Source: Trichoplax sp. H2
Taxonomy: Eukaryota
Direction of reading: 5' to 3'
Assembly: GCA_003344405.1 (NCBI GenBank)
Contig: NOWV01000019.1
Coordinates: forward strand, 62,001-126,000
DNA length: 64,000 nt
How positions within the stretch are numbered: position 1 is the first letter of the stretch; the number at the start of each line of letters is the position of its first letter. A model generated the notes under the pieces. The model searched no databases. It was not told the DNA's origin and saw only the letters and a program-made list of their open reading frames with translations. This document shows positions 43,601-55,828 of this stretch, one piece after another. The position numbers and the translations under genes are program-made.

Positions 43601-46600
43601 GATATCTGTCGTTGAGGAGTCGTATAGAATCTCTCTCCTCAATTAGTTGTTGACTAAATTCATCACAACGGCTGATCAAAGTCTGTCGAGCCTAGCATTG
43701 ATAGTTATAACCCAACATAGAAATAATTCCAATATTTTATGGAATTTAAAGAGAATAGAGTTTAAGATTAATCATATATCGGAAGTACTATGAATTAAAT
43801 CTAAATCACTTTCGTACTGTTTATGCAATATAGCAGAAGTATTTATTAAGATTCATCTTATATCGTTGGCATTAATAATCAAATAGTTCGCATTTAGATA
43901 AAATTGTTAATATTTTAAATAATAGGCGGAGAATAGTTCATTTTAAATTAATCTTACATCATTATTAATAACGATCAAATGGTTTTAATCTATAGTAGAT
44001 TCGGATAATTTACGTAAACATAAGGAGAGCAGCTATTAGCATGAATCTAACATCATCGATATGAACAATCAAATCTAGATCTTTTTTTTAATGTTATGCA
44101 TTATTAGGAGAGCAGCTAAAGGAATTATTCCGTATCAGAACTAGATGCTGTATAGTAATACAGTCAGTAAACACATACCTCAGTTAAGTGTTGCTGATGA
44201 GCTACATCTTGCTGTCTTTGCACTTCTAGTTTTTGAATACAAGCAGCAGAAATTTCTACAGCTTCCTTGCGAGCATCAATTTCTCGGGTTAAAGCTTCAT
44301 TCATCTAAATAAAGGTCAATAAAATATAGTAATTATTCTCAGATTGAATAATTTGGTATTCATATCAGCCAAAATCTGATAGATTCAACTAGAAAAAGCT
44401 AGGATTCAAAAATAATTTTAGATCATAGTATTATCAGAGAAATAGTAACTTTAGTTTTCTTAGCATTTATCGCTTACTTGCTTAAGTAAGATATTTTCCT
44501 CTGTTGTGTCAGATTGTAATTTTTTGTATTCTTTGTACTTTTTCTCTAATTCCAAGTAATTTAGTTGTAGAATATTGTATTCATGGTTCTGCTTTCCAAT
44601 CTGTCGCGATAGCTCACTAATTCTATATGGAACAAGTTGAATAATTTCTATATGAGAATTATACTTATTTTTCTCCTATACCAAGCTAGACAGAGAGTTA
44701 ATAACATACTTTTCTAACTGTTGCATTTCTTCCTCAAAATGATTCTTGCTACCTGCATCTTGTCCCCATGCCAAATTATTTGTTTGATTGTTTTTAATCA
44801 AATTAAGCATTACTTTCTCTGGCTAAAAAGAGCATATAAAAGGGTAACAGTAAAGCTGTTATTCAATTACTAGTTACTTATGTCAGATTCATAATTTTAG
44901 CATTAGTCATGATTACATCATAATTGACAATAGCAGGAATAATTTGTAGCAAGTAACTGTTGGTAATCAAATGATTAAACTCAAATATATGCAACAAAGC
45001 TATATGATCAATGAAGTGTACCCGGCTAAATTACTAGCTGATTATAACTCTAATCTAGTAAAGGAGAAAATTAGATAACACTCTGAACTTTAAGGAAATG
45101 TACGTGCATGTAATTTTAATTTTGCTACACTAGCTCTTACCAATTGCTCTAACGTTAAATAGGAATTAGATTCAAAATCTTTTTCCTGATCGTTCCCCTC
45201 AACTTGATCGGCAATTACTGTAGGTGATGTAATTTTTTCGTGATTAGAATGGCGATTGGAGAGCTCTCCTAATTCCAGATTGCGATTAAATTCTTCCGAA
45301 TTATAAGGATTACGACTACTTCGATTTAAAGCTGTTGCGGTAGAATTATATGGGATAGCTTGACTTAGATTGTCATTATGGTGCCTTTGATGGCTTAATG
45401 GCGGATAAGAGGGTCGCCACTGCGATGCTTGAGAAGGTTGATTGACCAAATCATGGCTATAATCCGCTTGTGGTAATTCTGTAAAATCCCGAGTTTGCTG
45501 ATTGTTTACATCGTTACTTCTAAGGGTAGATTTCAGTTGATGATCGGCCATTTGAAGAATCTGAGATTTCGATTGAAACTTGACATGATGGTCAAGTGCA
45601 GAATTTTTATTTTCATTTACTAGTTTCTTTAAATTTTCAATTTGTTGCTCTTCATTCAATCTTTTTATTCTAGCCTCATTCTATTCGTAAAAATGTTGAA
45701 GTTATGTCATGATTAGTGTACTAAAATTTGAAATCTAAAGAATCTTATTCCTGTAATGCAGGAAGAATATTTTTGTAATTCAGCTAGCTAGAATTAAACT
45801 CTACAAAAATTGCTCGGAAAATTTTATCATAACTGCATTCAATTTGCACCAAAATAATTTAAGCCTTATGCCATATTTTCCTGATTAGGTTATTATTATC
45901 ATTTTGGAGGCAGTTAACTACCAATGAAATAAATGTCAATCAAGAACTTTCATCAGCTAATCTAAAAGTAAATTAATTGTGTAAGTTTACATCAATGTGT
46001 ACCAATCGATGGAATTTGGAAAAATGAACTAGATTATATTTAAGAACATCAATTATAATTGGTATTAACTGTCCGGAACTGAAGGTTCTTGATACGATAG
46101 ATGCAATTAGGACTACAGTATTTGCAGCTAAGCTTTTTTTTCACTTGTTCTCTAGTAATTTTCTACCTGTAAAATGATTAATATCATTTCGATACAGTAT
46201 CACTTCTATAGCAGTTATAAACTGCTAAACTATGCATTTCTAAATTTTGAGGCAACTACTTTATCTACAATCAATTGATCTAATTTCGGCATGTAGCAAT
46301 AAAGCATATAACTTATAAATTCTTAGTTGTGTGCCCACCATTAGTTAAAATTTTCTAAATTTTCAAGTACAACAGTACTCATTTATTAATGGCGTAATCC
46401 AATTTGTATTAAAATGCCATAAAAAGAACTGCAGTGATATCTTTCAGCAATATACGAATAGCAATAGGTAGTTATGAATGTTTTATATATCTAAACTTAT
46501 TAAGAAACATTTAAATTATTGCGAAGCTAGCGAATATTTATTAAGTATTAGTTATAGTAAAAAAAATGGGCTATGTCTTTAATCATGTCGTTGTATTATG

Positions 46601-47257
46601 CATAAGTCTTTATAAATTATTCCATCGAGTATCATAACCCGCTATACTCGTAGCCTTTTCATTTAATGTAAAGTAAATTAGCATCTGTTTACGCATGACT
46701 ACGTTAGGTAAATGTCAATATTAAGATCAACTACGATCTCAAGATTTCAGAAATAATCTTATGATTGCAGATATTATTGATCATCGTCGCTATGATTCTG
46801 TCAATATATGTCAAGAAGCAACTTAAAGTACCTTTAATTGATCGCGAACAGGAGTCATCGTAGATTCTTGCCGAGATGAATAGTTTCCGTCGTATGCAAG
46901 TCTTGAAGGCGTTGGAACTCTTTTCGAATGAGCTAAAGGGCTTTGACGATCACGATATGGTGTACTAGCTCTTGTTTCGTAACTGTTGTTGGATAATTGT
47001 CCACTAGATGGAGGTCCTATCATCAATAATATTGAAAGATACATCAATCAGTTTAATGTTAACATTTAACTGGTTCATATTTGATTTTAACTTACAAAAT
47101 TTAATATAATTTCTTATCTCAAATTAACAGGTCAATATCGTAGATTCAATTTATCATTAATTATACTCGCATGTTCTATCATGGAAATATGATATTACTG
47201 GCATTGTATTTTACCTGATGCTGGCGTTTGGTGATTTGTTGTTAAGGAAGTGGACAT
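34627..47257 (-). CDS. Large coiled-coil protein of unknown family: S/P/Q-rich disordered head, long heptad rod, S-rich tail
   Basis: About 29 GT-AG exons, mostly phase-checked. Examples: 47215-47257 ([14 protein letters not shown]), 46832-47016, 45141-45680, 44710-44822, ~44478-44622, 44179-44304, 43566-43692, 43315-43481, 42391-42516, 41940-42107, 40851-41007, 39589-39744, 38387-38516, 37007-37101, 36316-36490, 35265-35352, 35035-35074, 34842-34923, 34627-34726 ([32 protein letters not shown]). The middle exons are E/K/Q/L-rich heptads. Confidence 0.8.
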
Positions 47258-47846
47258 GACTTAATCTAGACTATTAATTTCCCTGATCAAATTAAACAAT
47301 TAAATGAATGATATCAATGTATCTTATGGTTAAAAATCAAATAGTTTAAAAGCTAATATCACAACAATGGGTAATGGATTTCAACATTGCAATCACGAGA
47401 TTCCATGGATGAAAATCAGAGTCGAGTATTAAAAATTACATGGGCTATAATTAAAAACTAGTTTATTTTTTTCTATGCTAAACGATAGATAAAGCGCTAC
47501 ACTCTCCCTTTCTAATCGTAAAAAGAATAGATCAACTTTAAAATTGACCATAAAAGATGATGTTAGGATATTGTAATACTAGTCTTAGAATAGTCTATAG
47601 CAAAATGAATACTTTCGATGAAAAATAGCCTTAAGAAATAAAACTAATTATTCGATAGCAAATTAAAAGTCAAGGAGGGAAAAGTTGAAGAGGAAGAAAG
47701 CTTCCCCCTTTCAAGTACAAATTTTAAAATTATTTACAATTAATCCATTAGATAACAATTTAAATTTTGATTATAAGGAAATGCCATAAACCAGCTGTAA
47801 ATTAAATCTGTACAATCATCATATCGATAAAAGATGATAGACATAC

Positions 47847-47990
47847 CTTGGAAAGTAGATGATGATAAGCGGTGATGAGAATAGCTATCATGGAGTTTAT
47901 GTGTATTATCAGATTTAGCGTCTAACGATGTTGACCGTTAAATAATGCAAATGATAATGAAGTGTTGAAGACTTAATTAGTGACGTCACA
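47847..47990 (-). promoter_or_regulatory. Probable non-coding first exon / promoter of the coiled-coil gene, with a CRE palindrome
   Basis: Strong donor ccaag|gtatgt at 47847, acceptor gatcag| at ~47282 ahead of the ATG exon, and TGACGTCA at 47981-47988. Confidence 0.45.
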
Positions 47991-49780
47991 GGCGATGGAT
48001 AACAATTCAACTAAAATTCTAATTTGACGATCTGGTTGCAAGCCTCCTTCTCTAATTCTTAGACTATTATCAATCGATCAAATGATCGCATAGAATCAAT
48101 CTATTTTATTTTTGGATTAAAAAAATGGAATTTTCTTATTTTATTAACATTAAATGCTTATTGCATCCATTAATAATGGAGTGATTCCAGATTCCAGTAG
48201 TTTTTATGCTACAAAGACGAGATCAGGACTAGTCAATCATTGTGACAAACATCTAAAGATTTGTAACATAATTTGTTTAATTGAATCACTAACAATAATC
48301 AACTATAAATAATAAACATTGAAGAAGTCTTTGTTTTAACTGAATATAGAGAATTAAAATTAGCCAAGGAACTTAGAAAACAAGAATGTTGTGAATTGGT
48401 TGATGTTTGATTCGAAGAATTGATAGCATTTGAATCGATTTCAATTGTTCAAGAGTTCTTTTGATCATGAAATGCACTGCTTGTAGCTTTAATATACGTA
48501 TGTTGTAGTGTAAATTTAATTCAATTCTTGGCTTACTAGATAAATTAAAAATCAACTCTTCCACTGCTTTAAATACACAACGATTAGGCATCCCATGGCC
48601 GGCCATAATAGCCTTCGCAGTTATATACGGACAGCAACTGCAGACTATATGCATTGTAATACTGACGTTGAACAGCACTTATTATTTAATTAAAAGAGTT
48701 ACCTACAGAATTTCTTATCATTCTCTTAGTTTCTATCGTTCTTTATTAAGTAATGAGCAGCATTACCATTTCACTACTACAGTTGCTATGTCTTACCGAT
48801 ATTCGAGCAGAAGCTGATCACTTACTTGAAATAAATCGAAATCCAAGTGTACTGTATTAAAAAAGATTATGAATTAAAACGCATCAGTTTCACTACTGTA
48901 GAGAATATGTGATAATTTAATCAGGAAGTAACGTCGCTAGTACTGCTAATACAGAAAATTAAATAATCCTGAAATTATCCGAATAGCAACGATATTAAAC
49001 TCAATTCAGATAGTTTCGATATTAATCGGGTATTAGCTGTAACATTAGTAACATTGCATGGGCTAGTTAGGGATCCATTTCGGTAGTAAGTTCAAGTAAT
49101 TCTATATTGGTATCTTTTAATCTGTTTAAAGTTAAGGTATTGCAAGAATTAATTAATAGGCGAGAATGATACTTATTACTGATGTAATGATAATCGCGTA
49201 CGTGTTGTAGGTGATAATTTTAGAATATAATTACGTGTTCGATCGTTAAGCATTGAACAGATTATAATTATCATTGCAATTAGAATAGAATTATCGGCTC
49301 ATAAATAGAATTAACGGTAGTTTCTATTGTGTAGAAAGACATCAATTATGGCCGTTGCTTAGCCGAATTGACCCGAACATTGCCAACCCTTAAGTAGCTA
49401 GCCTAGCTTGTTAAGCTAATAAACATCATTATCTAGTAATATTGTAAGTTTCTTTTTCGCTGCATCCAAGTGATGTTCTAAAAGCCATAGCGAATAAATC
49501 TCTGTTCGAAGATAACTCTCTTGGTATACACTAATCAGGTCTTCATATGATATTGCAACAACTTTGACTGAACTTTATTTCCAATGCAGTGTAACGTGCA
49601 ACATACAATTGATACATATAACTTGCTGCGAAAAGGTTGCTAAAAACTGCTCATCTCACTTCAATTAAAACATACAAGATTTATTACAGTTTTAGAATCA
49701 AAATAATTTTTATATTTTGACTGATGGCGACGGGTAAAAATATGGTTATGACATTTACAATTAGCATTCGAAAAATATTA

Positions 49781-52700
49781 CTACGTCAATGGGGCAGCCG
49801 ATATAGAATTAGCTGACGTATTATTTGCTGTTAGCATCATATCAATAACCCCTAATAACTTTCCAAACGATTCATGAAGCCTTGTTTCTTCATGAATTTT
49901 ATCTTTGATCTGTAGAAACAGATTATCTACTTTCGAGGATTGGCCTAAAATCGGTGAGTATATATCTAAATAAGGGAAAAAAATTTTGAATTCCAGGTTT
50001 ACTTCATCAATAGAATGATTAAAGTGTTCGTATTATTTTAACACAATCAAACATGAATTACAATAAATCGTAGGCTTACCAAATACAATATTAGCAACAT
50101 CAGAAACTAGGGAACTATAGCGCGGATTAGATATATTCCTAATAAGGAAGCAATTGCAAGTTAAGCTTTCACACATGCATCGTTAATATCTACTAAAAGT
50201 TCTCTTTAACTTACTTTTTTATAAAATATAATACAGGTAATAATGCATCTTCATCTCTCCCAGATAAAGCTATAGGTAAGCCATCGCGCCTTATTAGTTC
50301 TTGTATTACACTGACAATAACGGGCGGGTGATTGCTAGATTTCTATTCATGCAAAAAATACTCTTTATTAGCTACTAATCATTGTAATTTCGCGCCAAAG
50401 TAAAGTACAATAACTGAATGTGATTCTACATCTGTTTTGTATAAAATAAAGCCTGTTACCTTTAAAACGCTATCCAAAGCCTCAGTATACTTAAACTGAC
50501 GCAATAGTTTGTCATGTAAAGGCAACCGGGTTAATTTCTTTTCCGCCACAATAACTGCATCCTAGTAATATAGTGTAAACAATGTCTTATTAGAATCGTT
50601 TTACTTTCACCATGATAGTGCCCTGTTAAACGTCACCTTTGAGGGGCCTGATTTTCTACTATTAAAGTAACGAACTGTTCGACCCTTTGGTCTCCATTTA
50701 AACTTTGGCAATTCTTGTTTATGTCGTGGTCTTTCCTTGATAGATAATAGTCCGTCGGACATACCAACTACTAAATGGCTATCATCGGGCTAAATAAAAA
50801 ATTGATCAATCTTATTATAGCACACATCCACGCAGAATGAGCATAATGCATAAGATTTAGAAATAGACATATTATGAAATACCGATATGCCTAAACTTGT
50901 TATGGGTGAGGAATAATCCATACTGTGGACAACTTTGTAATCTTTGATATCATATATCTTGACGTGTCTTCAATTGCGAAAGTATTAAAGTGTTCAAATA
51001 TTACTTTGAAAATTCAATAGCATTTAGGAGAACTACTGATTCTCTAACTTACCTATCTAACGACCCGGATAAAAGTCTTTGCCCACTGTTATCTAAACAC
51101 AAGCATGTAATAGTCTTTTGATGATTTGTAACACCCATCAGTAGGCGTCCACCACCAATAAGGTCCCATACCTTGATATAATTACTTCCTGTAATAGCGA
51201 GACAAGCTTCTATCATAGCTGCTCCTTCGAGACAGATAAGACGCAATAAAATAATATCCTGTTTTGTTCTCACCTGCCGAGATACAAATACTTCCACTGG
51301 GGTAAATTAACACTGCTTCTACAGGAGCTCCATGATCTATAGTCATCGAACTCTTGTCTGTACGCCTGTCCCATAGCTTTAAGGTATGGTCATACGATCC
51401 TATCCAATAAATACAGGATTAATATCAAATCAACCCCTTATTTTGGTACTACTATGTGGTATAATTATAACAACAATGTACTGTAGATAGTTATCGTCGT
51501 ATACCAAGACTTTACCTGTTACCCAAACATCGCTGCTAACTCTACTGACATCTCCAGCTCGGATGTAATCCTGGTAAAGGATTATTTTTGCAAAATAAAT
51601 ATACATTGAAAAGAGCACATTCGTAGTGATTCAACTTAAGACTACTATTTGTCTTTCAATCCAGAAATACAGGACATTAAAAATAGATTACCGTATGTTC
51701 ATCAAAAATAACAACTTCTTTTCCAGTGGGTAAATCCCAGCAACGAACTAATTTGTCATCTGAGGCCGAAATAATGTGTAGATTGTTCATTGCGAAACGG
51801 GCTACATGAGCAGCTCTGCAAAATTAGGTGTCATCGAGATCAATACCAATTTAATCAACAGTAAGACGACCAAATTAATAAATCTTGAATACTTTGCTGA
51901 CCTCTTATGACCATGTAATTGTCGTAATACTGTTCTACTATGCGTATCAAATACCTGTATGGGCAGATATTAAGGCAAAATAATACAAGATATTTATCTT
52001 TAATGCAGCTTCATTCAAGAAGGCATTGATTGATTCAACATCAATGCTAGAATTATTTTGTAGTTAGTAAAAAGTATCCTGTACTGTATATACAGCTATT
52101 CATAATTTTAAATCTAGATCCGAAACAATGATTGAATCGGTCGTGCTACCTGGACTAAACCATCGCCGCTTCCAGCTGTAATTAACTTGCCATCGTAACG
52201 AAATGTACCGCATAAGGCAGAGTCATGAAACCTCGAAATGGCTTTGTAAACTTGATTACTTGCACAATCGTACAATTGCACCTAATCAATGATCATAATC
52301 GTGAAGCAGTACATTAAGATTTCAACATTATCATGTTTACTAATATCTACGCGTCTAATCTGACCGCAATGTATTCTACGTGTTCAAAGGAAACAATAAT
52401 TTTGACTACCTTCCATAGTGGTTAAGTATACGCTCGTATAACTGATTATTTTATCCTGTAGAGTAAGGCACAATTACCCAGTTAAGAAGAAGAGAAAATA
52501 GTGATTTACCTTTGCGGAACAAGTAACAGCGTAGTGATGCGGTAGGACAGGTGAAAAATCGATACATGATATTGCTGAATGTTCTTTGGCCACTATAGGG
52601 AACTGTCATGAAAAACAAGTAAGACCAGAGTGAGAGATTGATGATTGACTGCTATAACTCAGGTAGCAAGTAATATTATTTCCAAGAGCTATCGATTGAA

Positions 52701-53778
52701 ATTATTTGTCTTCATCAGCCGTACACGTACGTATACTGTATGTGCAATTGCAACAGGTCTACCTAGGTTATGGTTCAATCTGTCGAAATCCTTGTTTACC
52801 AAGCATGCTGAGGTTCAGTAGGGCTGATTAATATGAATCTAGACTAATTGCCAGCCGTTTGCTCAAAGCTTACAGTTAATTACTTGCAACGATTCATTGA
52901 TTCTGCCGTTTCTCACGACGGTCTTGCATACTACTTATATCTGTATCTACAGCGCCAAACTACCTCCCCAATAATATAACCGTAGTCTTGGTTTAGACTT
53001 TTGCAGTGAAAAAGTCTATCAAGTCCCGTGGTAAGTTGTACCGCCCGCCCCGAAATATACAAGGTATGTTGACGTGATCGAGCTCAATCAAAGACTAAGT
53101 TTGGACTTCTGCAACTACCAGCATTAGTACTAAGTGTCCATCCAAAGTTGCAATTTGATGGATAAAAATCCTTCATCCATATAAAGCATGCTGAAGATGT
53201 TGAGAGTGCTAGCTTAATACATGTACTCAATACTGTATACGTCGATAAGCTCATTCTTCTACACCAAGCATGATGTAGTTGTTGAGCTGAATGAATAGTG
53301 ATTTGTCTAGACCAGTGCAACTAACTACTCAGTGTCCATCAAGTGGTCTATCGAATGGTAGAGGTTGTACTTTTCTATCCGAATAATCTGCCACTCTTCG
53401 ATACAAAGTGTGGTGAAAAGCTTGAAAGGATCGAGCGTGATCAATCTATCTTTCGTTTGGACTTTAGCAACTACTCAAGCATGCTGAAGTTGTGGAACTT
53501 TATGAATTGCTATTGGTTTAGACTTTGCAACTACACGCCATACCGTCATTCTTCGTCTGTACAAAGAATGCTGAAATTGTCGAGCCTTACATCGATGTAT
53601 CGAGTGGAGTGGATTTCTGAAACTACTCAATGTATTTGGAGACAGTCTGTAGAGTGGTCATAATCATGGTAAAATAGAGAAAATGAACCTTATATCCCAT
53701 CCAATAGCTTGATTCACTGCTTTCTTCAACATTGGCTTTAGAGAATTTTTTAATAGGAATCCTTTTAAAGTCCGCCAT
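49781..53778 (-). CDS. UTP15: U3 snoRNA-associated protein 15 (WD40 + UTP15 C-terminal domain)
   Basis: 14 exons: 53689-53778 ([30 protein letters not shown]), 52510-52602 ([27 protein letters not shown]), 52150-52281 ([18 protein letters not shown]), 51902-51954, 51692-51815, ~51515-51570 (DYIRAG), ~51274-51399 ([21 protein letters not shown]), ~51052-51188 ([22 protein letters not shown]), ~50884-50968, ~50637-50789, ~50460-50561, ~50215-50341 ([17 protein letters not shown]), ~50080-50137, 49781-~49966 (IYSPILGQS). Stop TAG at 49781-49783. Confidence 0.95.
52795..53640. repeat. Dispersed degenerate motif repeat in UTP15 intron 1
   Basis: aagcatgctgaag(t/a)tgt at about 52801, 53184, 53267, 53477 and 53564; gttt(a/g)gactt..gcaactac at about 52991, 53099, 53303, 53455 and 53516. 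Confidence 0.7.
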
Positions 53779-54572
53779 GACGTCGTGAGTAGAATGGCTT
53801 TACTGCATCCACATTTGTTGTAATCAATGGACCAAAGTGATCGTTGCACGGCACGATCGATCCAACCTAGCTGGACAAAATGGTCAATTGTATCTGGTTG
53901 CTATCGATACAGTAGCAATTTGAGCTTGAAAGTTTTGATAAAATAATGGTTAATTGAAGAGAATGACGATGGCAGCCGGTTTGAGCTGGAATCGATTGGC
54001 CACTTTCAATTTTCGATCCACTTGACCAGTCCAAAGTAGGATTTGATCGATGGTCAAAATGCTACAAGCTCTATCACTTCCAACACACCACTCGTACTAA
54101 GCAAAAGAATGTAGGGAAGAAGAAGTAAATTGAGTGCAAGCTGCTAAGGTAAAAATCAATGTTAGCTCCTTGTTGGATAGCAATTTGACCTTAGCAATGG
54201 CTGCCGCTGGCAAGGCTTTGATGAACATCAACGACTGACTTGTCCGTGCAGGTCACTGTTAGTCCTAGCTTCAGTCACGCTCTCTCGAGCTTCCTTCAAG
54301 GCCTTTCAAACGCTCTCGATCGCGGTCCGGTCCGATCCGGTCCGGTCCCTACTGGTCTCCACGGTCTCGATATAGTGCTGGTAGTAGGCTTTGACACAGT
54401 ACTTTGCAGCGGATACACTGGGTGCCATGTGCGTTTGAAACGGTACCGTACTGTCAAAGAGATGATGGTAGAAACCGCCCAGTTGTCGTGTACAGTGTAC
54501 AGTGTACAGTACTGTACTCTAGTAGCAGGTACTGTACTTTCTGACAACTGAACCGTAGTCACGTGTACGCGT

Positions 54573-54612
54573 TGTGACTCTACTGTACAGTACAGTGTAC
54601 AGTAGAGTCACA
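54573..54612. repeat. Perfect 17-bp inverted repeat with 6-nt loop
   Basis: tgtgactctactgtaca (54573-54589), loop gtacag, tgtacagtagagtcaca (54596-54612). Confidence 0.92.
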
Positions 54613-54838
54613 GTCGCAGTCGAAAGAGGAATTCTACAGCATTCGATGGACTGTATCGATGCACTGAACTACTGTCATTTGGGCAATAGAAACATCCACA
54701 TGTACACTGTACACTACGTTTCTCAGCTGGACTAGAAATCTATCAAGAACCATTTTTAAAATCGTTGTGTAATTCGACAGTCTGTATTCGGCCATTACTA
54801 TTGCCAATATTCGAGTGTCAGACTGTCACTGTACACTG

Positions 54839-54980
54839 TACAGTAGTGTGCTGTACGGTACAGTGTACAGTATGTTACCTACAGTACTATGTACCCTCAG
54901 AGTACAGTATACAGTAGTGTGCTGTACTGTACAGTGTACAGTATGTTACCTACCGTACTGTGTACCCTCAGAGTACAGTA
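54839..54980. repeat. 71-bp tandem duplication made of TACAGT/TGTAC words
   Basis: Units 54839-54909 and 54910-54980 differ at 3 positions. Confidence 0.92.
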
Positions 54981-55828
54981 CCGTACTGTACAATGTGTAC
55001 ATTAGTATGTTTAGTTACTTTAGTACTGTACTGTACAGTCTTGTTTGGTCAGCCAAGACAAGAAGGACAACTTCTGTCCGTCCGAGGGAAAGGCACACCT
55101 CCAGTATGATTAATAATAGACTAAGAAGGGATAGAATTCGATCCTCTTCCTTTCCACTCCAAATACTCCATTCTAGAAAGAGTCCACTTGTCATAGACTT
55201 TACAAACAACAGCAGTATACCATAGGCTGACTAGTGACCATTTCACTAAAAAGTAGATCATGATCAAACTATTCCAATATACTAGTGAAGTTAGCTTGCC
55301 AACATGCGATTTGCCAATCCTCCACTCTCTGCCCATAGTCCAGCTGTCCGTCTGTGATGAAAGCAGTCATGACGTCATCTTGGGCTAGACTGGACTGGAC
55401 TTTACTACCTAGGACCAGCCAATGGACAAAGTACAATCGTATGGCTTCTACTACGTCCAGGAGAATCAGTATAGGCTGGCTAGAGCAACTCCAACCTAGC
55501 GGTGTAATAGACTTTGTTTTCTATCACGAGATATCCAGTTGCGAGTCCTGATGGTGATGGTAGGTGGGCAATTTAGTTTAGATTCTTCACTTTTAAACTA
55601 AAATTGAATCCTTTCCACTTGCTTGCTATTATCAATCCGATATCCTGTTGTAGTCTTTGACGATCTAGAGTAGAACAAGTAGCCTTGATAGAGAGCGATC
55701 AAGAGTACAACGAATAACCTTGGTAGTGGTGTCCTGGTTTGCCAGAGTGAAAAATTAGTATCAATTTTCCGGGAAAGAAGAAAAGCGACCTTAGTGGATT
55801 AACGGTAGCCAAATTGGATCAAGAGAGA

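Larger units (their letters stand above)
53779..55828. promoter_or_regulatory. Divergent (probably bidirectional) promoter region between UTP15 and V-ATPase a
   Basis: Head-to-head ATGs 2.05 kb apart and locally higher GC. Contains (GGTCC)x5 at 54324-54348, GTCACGTG at 54558, a dense TGTACA/CAGTAC cluster at 54440-55040, and ATGACGTCAT at 55369-55378. Confidence 0.7.

Noticed and set aside
48373-48678. 101-aa ORF between the coiled-coil gene and UTP15
   Set aside because: No recognisable motif and no convincing phase-compatible exon chain; a small gene or UTR exons cannot be excluded.
49350-49392. RFX X-box-like half sites (gttgcttagc, ttgccaac)
   Set aside because: Neither forms a full X-box palindrome, and the TSS of the coiled-coil gene is uncertain.
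52655-52722. Box C/D snoRNA-like segment on the - strand in UTP15 intron 1 (TGATGA ... CTGA, ~60 nt)
   Set aside because: The C box lacks the leading purine and the terminal stem is weak. The putative guide has only ~7 contiguous bases matching the LSU rRNA GUAGCAA region as I recall it. Needs snoscan or small-RNA data.
53084-53849. ORFs 53084-53320, 53343-53663 and 53664-53849
   Set aside because: They lie in UTP15 intron 1 or are the wrong frame over exon 1, whose true frame begins [11 protein letters not shown].
54240-55225. ORFs 54240-54551, 54296-54562, 54815-55225 and 55015-55209
   Set aside because: C/T/V/Y/Q-rich translations are artefacts of the TGTACAGT repeats and higher GC in the promoter.
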